Assembly (NCBI RefSeq): GCF_006345805.1
Contig: NC_043002.1
Location: 46,872,001 to 46,936,000 of the forward strand
DNA: 64,000 nucleotides
Direction of reading: 5' to 3'
DNA from: Octopus sinensis
Taxonomy: Eukaryota
Made by a program: the position numbers and the translations under genes. Of the stretch, positions 36,309-49,134 are shown piece after piece. The notes below the pieces were generated by a model. It was not told where the DNA came from. It did no database searches and worked only from the letters and a program-made list of their open reading frames with translations. The number at the start of each line of letters is the position of its first letter. The stretch's first letter is position 1.

Positions 36309-36663
36309 TGCTGTTCTTGAGGAGACCTACTGAGTCAAGTATGTCAACACCAACATCAACATGAAAATCAAATGGAAATTGTAGTTAAGATACCCGTACT
36401 GGTGACATGTTAAAAGCACCATCTGAATGTGGCAGATGCCATTGCCGCCTGACTGGCGTCCGTGTCAGTGACATGTAAAAGCACCAACCGATCGTGGCCA
36501 TTTGTTAGCCTCTTCTGGCCCCTGTGCCGGTGGCACATAAAAGGCACCCACTACACTCACGGAGTGGTTGGCGTTAGGAAGGGCATCCAGCTGTAGAAAC
36601 ACTACCAGATCAGACTGGAGCCTGGTGCATGGAAAACGGACGTTAAACGATGATGATAATGAT
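36309..36663 (+). mobile_element. RTE 3' end with hairpin modules, nested after a polypyrimidine RTE UTR (35630-36300)
   Basis: Three GGTGRCAYRTAAAAGCACC modules and GGAAAACGGACGTTAAAC(GAT)n tail. Confidence 0.7.
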
Positions 36664-37071
36664 CCAGCTATAAAAAAAACATGGTAAAGTAGACACTGGA
36701 GTATGATGTAGTCTTTGGACTCGCATGTATGTATGATGTGGATAAGTTCTACCCATATGTCATACATCTCTACACACAAACTCATATTCTATCTCCCCTT
36801 TATTATTAATAAAGTCATTATACTGTATTATTGATTCCTATATCCATTTATTATGGCCTACATTATGAATAGGGCTTTTAGGAATAATTGTCTCTGTCTG
36901 GCCTATGACATCTAATTTATGCCTCAATCCAACTTACAGAGCCAAACAATTTTGACATCCCTGCTCTAAACCAATTGAGGAGGGCAATAACACTGAATAA
37001 GAACTGACTTGGAATGTGATGATGTGTTCAATCCATGCTAGTATAGAAAGCAAACATAAAATGATGCCATA

Positions 37072-37109
<38 letters not shown>

Positions 37110-39146
37110 ACACATGCATATCTTACCCCAATTAATGTAAGCAAAGGATCTAAATATCACAAAGAAAATAAAAAACAAAACTGGTGCTTTTTGAATGACA
37201 TTCTTTGTAGTATTTTTCCTGCACAGTTTAAAAATACTCCCTTGTGACATTCACCATCAAAAATATAGTGAACCAGTGATTAATCCACTGGAAGTCTATA
37301 ATCAATGATGTTATCTACGCAGTTGTGAGATACAAATAAACACTGGGGTTGATTTCATTCACTGAAAATGGTGTATCCTAGGTTTCTTCAATTAAAGAAA
37401 TATAGTTGAGAATCCTGAACATATCTTCTTCATGCTGCTTATGATTTAACACTGCCAATAGTATTACTGAGAAGAATAGCAATCCCAGATATCATTAGTT
37501 TTGAAAGACAATATTGGCCCAATTCCTTACAATACTGGAATTAACAGAATATATATGGCACATGTATCATGATACCAGGCATAAGTTAACAGAATTAGGG
37601 CAGTTACTTAACTTTTGATTCAGTAACTTTAAGGAGATGTGAGACTAATCTCTCTAAGGTTAAGATACAAGGGTATTGCTGGTAACTTCTCCAGATATTC
37701 TGTTATCTGTTTTAGGGAAACTGAGCTATGTCAAACTAAACATCCTACCCTTCACTTCTTTTTATTTAATTAATGCTGGTGAAAATACTAACAACAGACA
37801 CACAGCTTGTTTGTCTCTTATTTATTTATTTATTCATTTATAAAGAAACTATTAATTGACTGAAGGCAATTCTTAATTATGATGGTTGCTGCTTTATATT
37901 GAATACTAACCAGCAACTGTGTCTAGCTAGGAATGACTCACAAATGATGCCATTCTGTCTAGCTTGCAGAATAATTCAATATTTCTGATGGTTTTTTTTT
38001 CTCTTCTTTCCTATTGACATCACAGGAGTGTTGCTATGGAACAGGATGTATGTTTAAATGTAATCAAGACCTTTCAACAATAGTGTAGGGACACTTGTTG
38101 GTCAACATATGATGCCTGTAACAAATAACTGTTCTTCATGTTATTTTCCATGTTCAGCAGTGAAGCAAAGAATGGATCTGATATTGCAAAGATATTGATT
38201 ATAGACCAAATTTATGCAACTGATAATTTTATCCTAAAGGGATTCAATAAGATGGCTATCACAAATAGCAAGAAATTGTATTGTAGCCTTCAATAAGTCT
38301 TTTAATATTATTTGTAAATATCAAAGAAGAGATTTAAGCTATTCCTTCTATGGGATATTATAATTAACAATTGTTTTATTATTTAATATTGTATATTAAT
38401 TGTTATGTGGTAGCATAGATGAAATAAGATAGCTTCCAAAAGGTCTGTATGTCTTTTCTTCAGCAAAAAACTGCTGGTATTACTGAAGTTAGTGATTGCT
38501 ATTTTTAGATTTTAAGCATCCCTAGAGAGTTTTGTCAACTAATTGCATGAATCATCTCGGTTAATTGAAAATTTTCACAACACTCTATAATACACATGCA
38601 AAACCATACAATGTTTATTTGTATTTATTATGCAGAATGCTTCTCTAAGATATTTTCCCTCAGTCCATCATTTTCATTCATGTTGATATACATAATCAGT
38701 ATCATTACATTTCCCCAACTCTTTATATCATCATCATCGTTTCATGTCCGCTTTCTATGCTGGCATGGGTTAGACAGTTTGACATGGAGCTGGCTAGCAA
38801 AGAGCTGTCCAGACATCAGCTGTCTGTTGAAGCAGGGTTTCTATTTGGATTGGATTTCTATTTGGGCTGGATGACCTTCCTAACACCAACCACTTAACGG
38901 AGTGTGCTGGGTGCATTTAACACATATACACCCACGGTTGCATTTTCGCAATGCAAAACCTGCTCCTACTTGTTTGGACATGAACTTGCCAGGAAGCATC
39001 TGACTGAGCATATGAAATATTCAGTAGGTAGTCGACACCCATAGCTAACAGTTGCATACTGTCCTTCTCTTCCAGATTGTGAAAGCTTACCATAACATTT
39101 AATCTAAATACAGTGAAATTTTAAGACTTCATTTTTTTATGAGCAT

Positions 39147-39747
39147 ATATGGGTTAATGTGGTAAAGGTAGACCCAAGAAGACCTGGGATGAGGTGGTGA
39201 AGCAGGATCTTTGAACTTTGGGTCTTGTGGAAGCAATGACTAGTGACTGAGAGCTTTGGGAATATGTTGTGCTTGAGAAGTCCTATTAAACCGAGTGAAA
39301 CCGTGGTCATGGCAAATGCTGGTGTCACGTAACTGGCACCTGTGTTGGTGGTACATAAAAAGCACCTTTTGAACGTTGGGCCTCACAAAAGCAAGGTGGC
39401 TGATACCGGTGGCATGTAAGAAGCACCTTTCAAGTCATGAGCCTCATGGAGGCAATGATGAATGATTGAGACCTTAGGCATTATGCTGTGCTTGCGAAGA
39501 AGACCCATCAAGCCAAGTAAAATCATAGTCATGGCAGATAATGGTGTCGTTCAAATGACATCTGTGCCAATGGCATGTAAAAGCACCCACTACACTCTCG
39601 GAGTCATTGGCATTAGGAAGGGCATTCAGCCATAGAAACCATACCAAATCAGACTGGAATCTGGTGCAGCCTTCCAGCTTTCCAACCCTGGTCAAACCAT
39701 CCAACCCATGCTAGCATGGACAACAGACGTTAAATGAGGATGATGAT
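39147..39747 (+). mobile_element. RTE 3' end (ORF C-terminus, modular 3'UTR, tail)
   Basis: GRPKKTWDEVVKQDL...VVLEKS* followed by repeated modules, CCCATGCTAGCATGG and (GAT)n. Confidence 0.8.
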
Positions 39748-41400
39748 ATATATATATTTTGATCATTTCTAAGTCTTGTCAAGTGAGCTGAGGAGATCTA
39801 ACAAGACTAAAACATATCTAAAACTTTCACTTGTGCCTTTAAAAGCAAAATCATTTCCTTTTTTTCAAAACAAAGAAAACAAGCCAATTTAAAAAGAAAA
39901 TATGTTATTTTGAGCATCGCAGGTGAAACTTTCAATTCTTTTACCAGCATTGCTAGCAATAAAAAGAAAATAAATGTGTAACTTAGCAGAGAAAATATTA
40001 AGGTAGACAAATGAGATCAAAGAAAATGCCTCTGTATCTGAGATATTTATCTCGGAGTGAGCAAGGACGAAGGTCACAATATCTGTATCTATGAAAATAC
40101 AAGGTTATACTAATGCTCTTAAAGTGACAGCTGGAGATAAACCTCACCTATATATGGAGTCATATATTCTGTATTGATTACACAAGGCTTATGTGACTAA
40201 ATACCTGATTTTCAAAATTAAAGAGAGAGTGAGAAAGCAAATCAAGCTGGTGTAACATACACTTGTCAATAAGTTTTTACAACAATACAAAGGACAATGC
40301 AACAGGAGGACCTGAGTGGAGAAGAATGGTGATAATAATAATTTTTGACACACTGTTACCTTTGTAGTACAGAACAAGCAAGTGGTGAGCTTTGAAGTGA
40401 CTAGAAATGACATGTAGCTGGGAGGAGTCATTACAGATACTAATGTTTTAATGACCTCCGAAGACTTCAATATGGCTATGGAAAGACAAGCAATGAGACT
40501 AGTGAGGTAAGGCAGAAAGGTCAGCTGCAACTCATTTAATAGTAAAAGTCATTTGGGTGTTTTCTGTTTGAAAGAACTCAATAAACAGGCAAGAACATTA
40601 GAGACATCAACAACATCAAGGTACAGAAACTGTTCTTCTCAAAGCATCACTGAATTGAGATTTTGGAAATAGAAGAGATTGCCTTGTCCTCAGTCCCAGT
40701 AGCCTACAATAAAAGACACATCTCTCCCAGCCATAACAAGTAGCACTACACAATTATCTTACAACCACACAGGAGATGGACAATGAACAGGAGTAGTAGA
40801 TTGCTAAGAATAGTAGAAAGAATAAAAGAAAAAGGATAAAGACTACTAAAGAAAAAACAATATATTCTAAAGGAATGCGTGTAAAATGTGCATGTGTGTA
40901 GATGAGCCTTTTCCCTAGAAAAGCATGAAGTTTACAGTGATTTTGTATAGTAAATGCCAAACTGATACATGATGCTTGCAAGAGAGAGATTGCTAATAAG
41001 AACCCAATTAATTGTCTTCTGAAAAGGAATTGCTTGAGGACATTTTGAGGACTAAACATTTCAAGTAAATGAATGCAGAAGGTGATAAAGGTCAAGGATA
41101 CACTGATGAAATTCAGTAAGAGGATTCTCATGAGTGTGGTTATATGGGATGCCCATAAAAAGCACCTAACACACTCTGTAAAGTGGCTGATGTTAGGAAG
41201 GGCATCCAGCTTTAAAAACCATGCCACAACAGACAATTTGGAGTCTGGACAGCTCCCTAGCTAGCCAGTTCTTGTAAAACTGGCCAACCCATGCCAGCAT
41301 GGAAAATGGACATTAAACAATGATGATGATGTCTCTGTAATCCCCTTTTTTGTAACACATTGTTGTACAGGCTCTGGTGATAAAATAAACAAAAGGTTTA

Positions 41401-41460
41401 TTATTATTATTAATATTATGATTATGATTATTATTATTATTAATATTATGATTATGATTA
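41401..41460. repeat. Perfect 30-bp tandem duplication within an (ATT)n tract
   Basis: TTATTATTATTAATATTATGATTATGATTA x2. Confidence 0.9.
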
Positions 41461-41481
41461 TTATTATTATTACTATTATTA

Positions 41482-42036
41482 AGGCAGCAAGCTAGCAGAA
41501 CCATTAGTGTACTGGATGAAATACTTAGTGGTATTTTGTCTGTCATTATGTTTGGAGTTCAAATTCCACTGAGGTTGACTTTGCCTTTCATCCTTTTGGG
41601 GTCGATAAATCAAGTACCAGTTGAGTACTGGGGTTGATGTAATCGACTATCCCCTTCCCCAAAATTTCAGGCATTGTGCCTATAGTAGAAAGGATTATTA
41701 TTATTATTATCTAAGGTGGTGAGCTGGCAGAATTGTTAGCATGCTGGGCAAAATGCTTAGCTCCATTTTGCCTGTCTTCACATTCTGAGTTCAAATTCCA
41801 CTAAGGTCAACTTTGCCTTTCATCCTTTCAGGATCAATAAAATAAGTACCAGTTATACAATGGAATCAAGCTGACTTAACCTCTGACTTGTAATTGCTAG
41901 TCTTGTGCCAAAATTTGAAATTATTATTATTATCATTTATAATAAGAATGATTATCAGGGTTGATAAAATAAGTACTATTCGAGCACTGGCGTTGATGTA
42001 ATTGACTAGCCACCTACCTGCAAATTTCAGGCCTTC
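41482..42036 (+). mobile_element. Head-to-tail array of SINE family D copies (two full, one partial)
   Basis: Copies start at about 41482, 41712 and 41956. Each follows the (ATT)n tail of the previous one. Confidence 0.8.
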
Positions 42037-43156
42037 CACTGAGTGGAGGACTGGGCATGCTGTGGTTAATAATCTACAGACATATGCTGAGGCTGTGACA
42101 TCTCCAGCATTTTCTTAACAGTGAATGGGTGTGGTCACCATTTGTTAGGCAGGATTTTCTGCAGCTCAATGACAGAGCTACAATCCTGGATCAAGCATAG
42201 ACCAAGAAAGGGCGCTTGGCACCTGGAATATTGGCAAGCACTCACAGCTTTTCGCTGGTTTGGCAACACAGTGGGTGGATGTTTCACTATGGAGTTCTAT
42301 AGGGGTTTAGTGGTGAGCAAGAGCAACAGCGTCCTCAAGGAAACTCTGGCTATCGGAAAGAGTCAGTTAATTTTTGTCTTTTCTGGAGGACTTTCAGGTC
42401 AGGCCTATGAATAACTTCCTGAAATTCCTGGTCTGGTAGTGATACCATGGAGCTTTGCCATTTTGAGACAAGCTCTACAGACATGGAAGTGCTGTCAGAC
42501 AGATCTGTCTGAGGTGTGTGCAGGGTGACAAAGTCATTCTGCATGCACTCGTCCAGTGTCTGTTTATTACTGGTTTGTGGAGCTTTGTTGAACAGCTGTT
42601 GTTGCATATAGGATGGATCTGGCTATCAGCTAAGTCCATCGTGAAGAGTGCCCTACCATCTTCTTTTGGCCAGGAAGGAAAGGCAGTTTTCTTGTCTGGT
42701 GTTTATGGTGAAGGAGATAGTGTGGTGGATGAGATTGAAAGGACTGAAGACAGATACTTTCCTCTTCGGCCAAGCCCTCATTGATTTTTTCAAGTTCCAC
42801 TTGAAAAGGAAAGTGACAGTAGAAAGGGAAGTTCTGCCCACCCAGAAAGGTGGGTGATTGTGGCAAGGAAGGCACATGTGAATGGGCCTACTCTGAACTT
42901 TCGCTGGTAAACCAGAGTTGAGAAAGAGAGAGATGCCTGCTAAGGTGCACCTGGCAGTCAGGATAACCAAGATTGTGGGGTTCCTCGGTTGTCCCTGTGA
43001 GGAACTCCCCACTTTTGGTGAATTTTTATTAATTAATTGTTTCGTTAATTGTTTTTGTTACTTAATGCATATACAGCATTTTTCAACACCCTACTTGTCC
43101 CTTGTATTGTATTGTCCCTATTTGTTTTGTGTTTGGCTCTTGTGGCCAATAAAAGT
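42037..43156 (+). mobile_element. Tx1/L1-clade LINE 3' fragment
   Basis: GALPF*DKLYRHG then a C-x2-C-x8-H-x4-C zinc knuckle (42506-42559; CLRCVQGDKVILHALVQC). T-rich 3'UTR, AATAAA at 43148-43153 and (ATT)n tail. Confidence 0.8.
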
Positions 43157-43316
43157 ATTATTATTATTATTATTGTTTTTATTATTATCATTATTATTAT
43201 TGTTTTTACTATTATTATTATTGTTTTTATTATTATTATTATTATTGTTTTTATTATTATTATTATTGTTTTTATTATTATTATTATTATTGTTTTTATT
43301 ATTATCATTATTATTA
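43157..43316. repeat. Higher-order microsatellite [(ATT)4-7 GTTTTT]n
   Basis: Six GTTTTT-punctuated ATT blocks directly after the Tx1 polyA signal. Confidence 0.9.
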
Positions 43317-43379
43317 CCTCTTCAAGTTCCACTGAGGTCAACTTTACCTTTCATCCATTCGGAGTTGATAAAATAAGTA

Positions 43380-43613
43380 TCTATTTCTTTACTGCCCACA
43401 AGGGGCTACACATAGAGGGGACAAACAAGGACAGACAAACGGATTAAGTCGATTATATCAACCCCAGTGCATAACTGGTACTTATTTAATCAACCCTGAA
43501 AGGATGAAAGGCAAAGTCGACCTCGGCAGAATTTGAACTCAGAATGTAGCAGCAGACGAAATACCGCTAAGCATTTTGCCCGGCATGCTAATGTTTCTGC
43601 CAGCTTGCCACCA
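43380..43613 (-). mobile_element. SINE family C inserted into a SINE family D copy (43317-43720)
   Basis: 15-bp TSD TTGATAAAATAAGTA at 43365-43379 and 43614-43628. Confidence 0.9.
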
Positions 43614-44385
43614 TTGATAAAATAAGTACCAGTTGAACACTGGGGTCGATGTAATCAAATCATCCCCTTCCCAAAATTGCTGCCCTTGTGGCAAAATTTC
43701 AGCCCAATATTATAATTATAATTATCTAGTAATAAAGTGGTGGCTGTGAGAACCACTAGAGCATAGGAATAAATGCTTTATGGTATTTCTTCTGACTTTT
43801 CTGGTTCTGAAAATCCTACGGAGATCAGCTTTGTCTTTCGTTTGTTCAGAGTAGATAAAATAACGTACCAGTCAAGTACTGTGGTCAATAAAATAAAGTA
43901 TCAGTTGACTATTGGGGTGGGGGTGGGTCACAAAATATAATAATAGTTGAGCATTGAGCTCAATGTTATTAACTAAACCCCTTCCACATAGTAGTAGCAG
44001 TAGTGGTGGTACTACTACTACTACTACTACTACTACCATCACCACGACCACGACCACCACCACCACCACATACGTAGTAGTGGTGTCAACACTACAAGTA
44101 GTAGTAGTAATAGTAGCAGCAGTTACAGCATCAACAGCCTGGTTGTAGTTGAGAGGTTTTCCAAAGAATTAATTAACTGCCACATGCCTGCGGAAGTAAA
44201 TAATGAGTAGAGTGATGATTAGAGTAATAGTGAATTATGTTATATAGGGAATAAATATCCTCACTGTTCAAGAGAAGCCAACAATAGGATAAAAAAAACA
44301 AAACACACACACACACAAAAAAAAAAACTTGCTGAAATTTGCCACAGGGAAAAAAGAATATCGATTTATTATTATCATTATTATT

Positions 44386-44823
44386 AAGGCAGGATGCTGG
44401 CAGAATGATTAGCTTCCGGGCAAAATGCTTAGCAGCATTTCATCCATTTTAACATTCTGAATTCAAGTTCTGCTAAGGTCAACTTAGCCTTTCATCCTTT
44501 TGGGGTCAATAAATGTAATTGACTTACCCTATTCCCCGAAATTGCTGGCCTTGTACCAAAATTTGAAACCATTATTATTATTTTTGTTGCAGTTGTTTGT
44601 TCAGGTGGCAAGCTGACAGAAGGATTAGCATGTCAGGGAAAATGATTAGCAGCATTTTGTCTGTCTATACATTCTGAGTTTAAATTCTGTTGAGGTCAAT
44701 TTTGCCTTTCATTCTTTTGGGGTTGATAAAATAAGTACCAGTTATGCACTGAGGATGATGTAATCAACTAGGCCCCTCCCACCGAATTTCAGGCCTTGTG
44801 CTTATAGTAAAAAGAATTATTAT
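44386..44823 (+). mobile_element. Two tandem SINE family D copies
   Basis: Heads at about 44386 and 44603. (ATT)n tails. Confidence 0.8.
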
Positions 44824-45633
44824 CTTCATTATTTGCTACCTCCCAGTGAGTTTGTGAAAAGATGGGTGACTGTGGCAAAAATGGTTAGAGTGAACGATCT
44901 GACTCTAAGTAAGTGCTTGTAGATTGGAGAGCATGAGAGAGGGCTTGTGCCATTGGTGGTCAAGGTAATACTGGATCTGAGTGGTTCCTTGATTGGCCCT
45001 AGCTGGAGTTTCTCCCATATTAGGAAGACAGCATTATTCCTGTTGTCACATCCTTTTATATGTATACTTTTATCACATCTTTTATCTCCATCTTTACCAT
45101 TTCTTTCTTCTCATCCTTTACGTAAATCCCCACACGAATTGTTGTCTGTCCTTGTGCTGGCCCTGTCTTCTATGACCCAGTGGATAATAAAAATATCATT
45201 GTTGTTATTATTATTATTATTATTATTATTAGTTGACTTATTTACTTATCTTATTAAAAAATAAGTAAAAATTGAAAAAAGAATTTTGAGTGGGTGATTT
45301 CAACACAAACGTCTTTTGGTTTAATGTTGCTGAATTGACTTTAAAATAAAAATAGCAATATTAGTAATGAAACATTAGAAGTGTCTTTTAAGACTTCCTA
45401 TTTAAGCTTGTTTTATTCCTACTTAAAAATACAGTGGTTAGTATCTAATAAACATAATGGTGCCTTTCATGCTTGCATACACACCCAAGTCATAACACAC
45501 GCATACATGTATGTATGTATGTATGTATGTATGTATGTATGTATGTGTATGTATGTGTATATGCATGTGTGTGTCTTGCTATATATATATACATACATAC
45601 ATACATATATATATATATATCATTATCATCATC

Positions 45634-45750
<117 letters not shown>

Positions 45751-46068
45751 GTCAAAGATATATAGTACATAATCATTTAATGTCTGTTTTCCATGCTGGC
45801 ATGGGTTGAATGGTTTGACCTGGAGCTGGTAAGGCCAGGAGCTGCACCAGGCTCCATTCTCTGTTTTAGTATGATTTCTGTGACTGGATGCTCTTCCTAA
45901 TGCCAATCATTTTATTGAGTGTATTGGGTGCTTTTTATGTGCCACTGACACCAGGGCTTTTCATGTGGCACCAGCACTGAAAAGGTAACTTGCAAGACAA
46001 AAACCCCTCAGCTAGGAGTGGGAGATTTAAGGTGTAGAAGGACAAGGATAGGTGTCTTGCTGTAGAGT

Positions 46069-46636
46069 GGATGTGCCTCAGGGGAAGAGGTTTTCATTCC
46101 AAGAATTCCAGTCAAACCAACAGACATGCAATTTGAGTTCAAATAGACACAATACCCAGTGCAACTTTGCTTTGCAATGACTATTAATAAAGCTCAAGGT
46201 CAGACTTTGAAATCTACAGGCTTGCACTTAATTGAGTCTTTTTTTTCTCATGGTCAACTTTATGTTGGTTGCTCCAGGTAGTTTGCAAAACTTATTTGTT
46301 TATGCTCCATACCAGAAAAAAATAAGAATGTTGTCTACCTAGAAGCTCTTACATAATTTCCATCAACATATGTGATAAAATTTAATCTCCCTTCATAAAA
46401 GTAGCAAATTTTGTATTTTCGTTTATTGTTATTATTATTATTATTATTACTATTATTATTATTATTATTTTTTTTCATTATTATTATTATTTTGTATTAC
46501 GAATCCAGAATTGACTTCCCTGTTGAAGAATAAATTGAATTTAGAATAACAAATTTCTATACAACATATTTTGCTTTTTCTTTCCTATATATAAGGAACA
46601 ATTTCATTCTTGGGCAATGCTGGGTGCCTTTACTAG
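46069..46636 (+). mobile_element. Helitron 3' remnant (Pif1 helicase C-terminus to terminal CTAG)
   Basis: GCASGEEVFIPRIPVKPTDMQFEFK*TQYPVQLCFAMTINKAQGQTLK...FSHGQLYVGCSR...KNVVYLEAL*. Decayed hairpin CTTGGGCAATGCTGGG (46609-46624). CTAG at 46633-46636 followed by T. Confidence 0.9.
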
Positions 46637-46680
46637 TATGTATGTATATATATATATGGGGGATATATTATATATATTCT

Positions 46681-47100
46681 TTTATTATTTTACTTGTTTA
46701 AGCCAATTGACTGCAGTCATACTGGAGCACTGCCTTAAAGGGTTTTAGTTGAAGAAATTGACCCCAGAACTTATTCTTTGTAAGCCTAGTAGTTATGTTA
46801 TCAGACTCTTTTGTTAAACTGCTAAGTTACAGGGGCATAAACATACCAGCATCAATTGTCAACCGATGGTGAGGAGACAAACACAGGCACACGCATGCAT
46901 AAATATATACATGTATGTGTGTGTATATATGTGTGTGTGTATACAATGGGCTTCTTTCAGTTTCTCTCTACCAAATCCACTCACAAGGCTTTGGTCAGCC
47001 TGATGCTGTAGTAGAAAAAACTTGCCCAAGGTGCCACACAGAGGGACTGAACCTAGAACCAAGTGGTTGAGAAGCAAGCTACTTACCACAAAGCCACACC
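46681..47100 (-). mobile_element. SINE family A
   Basis: Collinear with other family A copies. Confidence 0.8.
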
Positions 47101-47503
47101 TTATCACCATTATCATCATCATTTAATGCCTTATATATATATATAAACGCACAGAGACCAACTCCCATACACATATATGTGTATTGTACTATGCTTGGGT
47201 GTATACATATCTGAGTATACGTGCATAAGAAAGGAAAAGACATAAAACTTTGTGAATGAATTGAAATGCTTTATGATTGTATTAGTTTTTTGGTATTTCA
47301 AGTTGATTTTTGACTTCTATAAAGGATCAAAAGAACTTGTAAATCCACATTTAGTTAGGTATAAAAGTGGGAAAGAAACATTAAAACACTAAAAGAAGAC
47401 AAACTTGGACATTTTATGAGTGATCTTAGACACATAAACTATTGTAAATGTTTTATCTTTTATGTTTCGCTTGTTTCAGTTATTGGTCTTTGACTATGTT
47501 GGT

Positions 47504-47706
47504 TGTTGTTGTTGTTAAGCAACAAGACGGGTAAGGGTGAATGGTCTAAGGCTTAGGGGCGGGAGACCCCAGACCTTGGAAGAGAAAAAAAAAACTTTGG
47601 TTGTCTTGTTGTAGTCAAGGGCTCTTTGTTGACGCCCGACACCACTGGGAGGTGGCCCTCGAAGTCGCTGGAAATGGAGATCTCCAGGTCCAAATTCTTG
47701 AACGGC
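47504..47706 (-). mobile_element. 203-bp GC-rich retro-insertion with (CAA)n tail, family unknown
   Basis: 13-bp TSD TGACTATGTTGGT (47491-47503, 47707-47719). (TTG)n at the left end. Interrupts a SINE A tail. Confidence 0.8.
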
Positions 47707-48932
47707 TGACTATGTTGGTGTACAGCCATGAAGAGTTAAATTGAGAAAATCAACTACATTACTGTTTGTTTTTAATGCCTGGCATTTATTGTATCAGTCT
47801 CTTTTGTTGAATTGCTAAGTCATGGGGATGTAAACTGACCGACTCTAGTTGCCAAGTGTTGGTAGAGAACAAACACAAACATAAAGATGCATGAATGCAT
47901 GCACACAGACACACACGTGCATACAAATGTAATAGGCTTCCACACAGTTTCCATTTACCAAATCCACTCACAAGTCATTGGTTAGCCTGGGGCTATAGTA
48001 GAAGACACTTGCCCAAAGTGTCATACAATGGGACTGGATCTCAATAGTTACAAAGCAAGCTTCTTAGCCACATGGTCTTGAATGTGGAGGATTTTGAAGA
48101 ATAAACAGTGCCACTAATAATAACCATTGACTGATGAAATTGATTCCACTCTGATTCTTTTGGTGATGGGGTAATATAATTGTTTCACCAATTATATGTC
48201 TACCCATATTAACAAAAAAAAAAAATGATGCTAAACAGAAAAACGAAAAACACAAGCAGTTGCTGTAAGATTAAGTTGTTGTTAGATTAAGGTACTTGAC
48301 TATTGAGACCATGATTAAAACCTTGTTATAGTCATAGTTACATGTTTCTAGAGTTTATGTGCCTAACTGACACTGCTACAGGAAAGATTAGCAGTACAAA
48401 AGATGTTTGGATGTTGGCTATCAAAATAATTGCTCTAATGATATTTTAGAAAAAAAAATAAGAACCTGTTTACATCCGTATTGACAAGGATATCAGATTA
48501 ACAGATTAGCAACTCAAAAAGATGAGTGGTTTGTTTACTTTCCGTTAAGCTACATTTCTTTTTCTTGGCTGAAACATTTTGCTCAAATGGGTAAGTTCAC
48601 CTAGCTGTACATAAGTAACCTCAATGTGGTAGAATTCATCACAGCTGTAAAGAGGTTTAGATAATTCCTTTGATTATAACTTGGATAAGGATATTCTCTT
48701 TCAAGCTAACTTGTAGATACACTACATTGATATGAAGGTTTCAGTATAATCTTACAAACAGGTTACGTGACTCAGTCATAGTAGAAAAGTAGAACTAAAA
48801 GGACAGTATGAATATAATGCTGAACTAAAAGCTCAGCTGATGTAGGTACAATCCACTATAAATTTTATTTGAGATGGGCTAACATCCTACTCTAGAAGAT
48901 ATTTATCTCTTGTCTTCACCTGATATCCTTAA

Positions 48933-49134
48933 CTCCTTTGATATCAACCTTTGTTCTATGATATAAACTTTCTATTTTAAAGCGATCAAAATGAAAACTT
49001 CCTATTAAAATTTCATGTCAATTTAGTTCAAACATGAGCTTAATAATCATAAAACTTTCACCATATACTTCATTATTTTCAAAATTAATTGAAAGAAAAA
49101 TGTATATTTCAACAGAAATATAGGAACAAAAGGG
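48933..49134. mobile_element. TTAA-flanked piggyBac-like MITE, family 2 (202 bp)
   Basis: TTAA|CTCCTTTG ... CAAAAGGG|TTAA. The matching end GGTTGGTATCAAATGGG|TTAA recurs at about 55309-55329. Confidence 0.65.

Noticed and set aside
39085-39093. ATG|GTAAGC as the first myosin exon spliced in phase to 20672
   Set aside because: By rough estimate, about one such 8-mer is expected by chance in 44 kb of this composition. No promoter evidence.
40189-40530. 113-codon minus-strand ORF / decayed coding-like plus-strand frame
   Set aside because: No recognisable motif. The plus frame has multiple stops, and the length is within chance expectation.
42918-43447. Poly-L/poly-I ORFs
   Set aside because: Translations of the (ATT)n/GTTTTT array.
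43914-43927. G-quadruplex
   Set aside because: Only three G-runs.
48494-48590. Plus-strand exon ending ATGG|GTAAGT spliced to 49930
   Set aside because: The join gives a stop after 10 codons, the acceptor is weak, and GTAAGT is expected many times per strand by chance.
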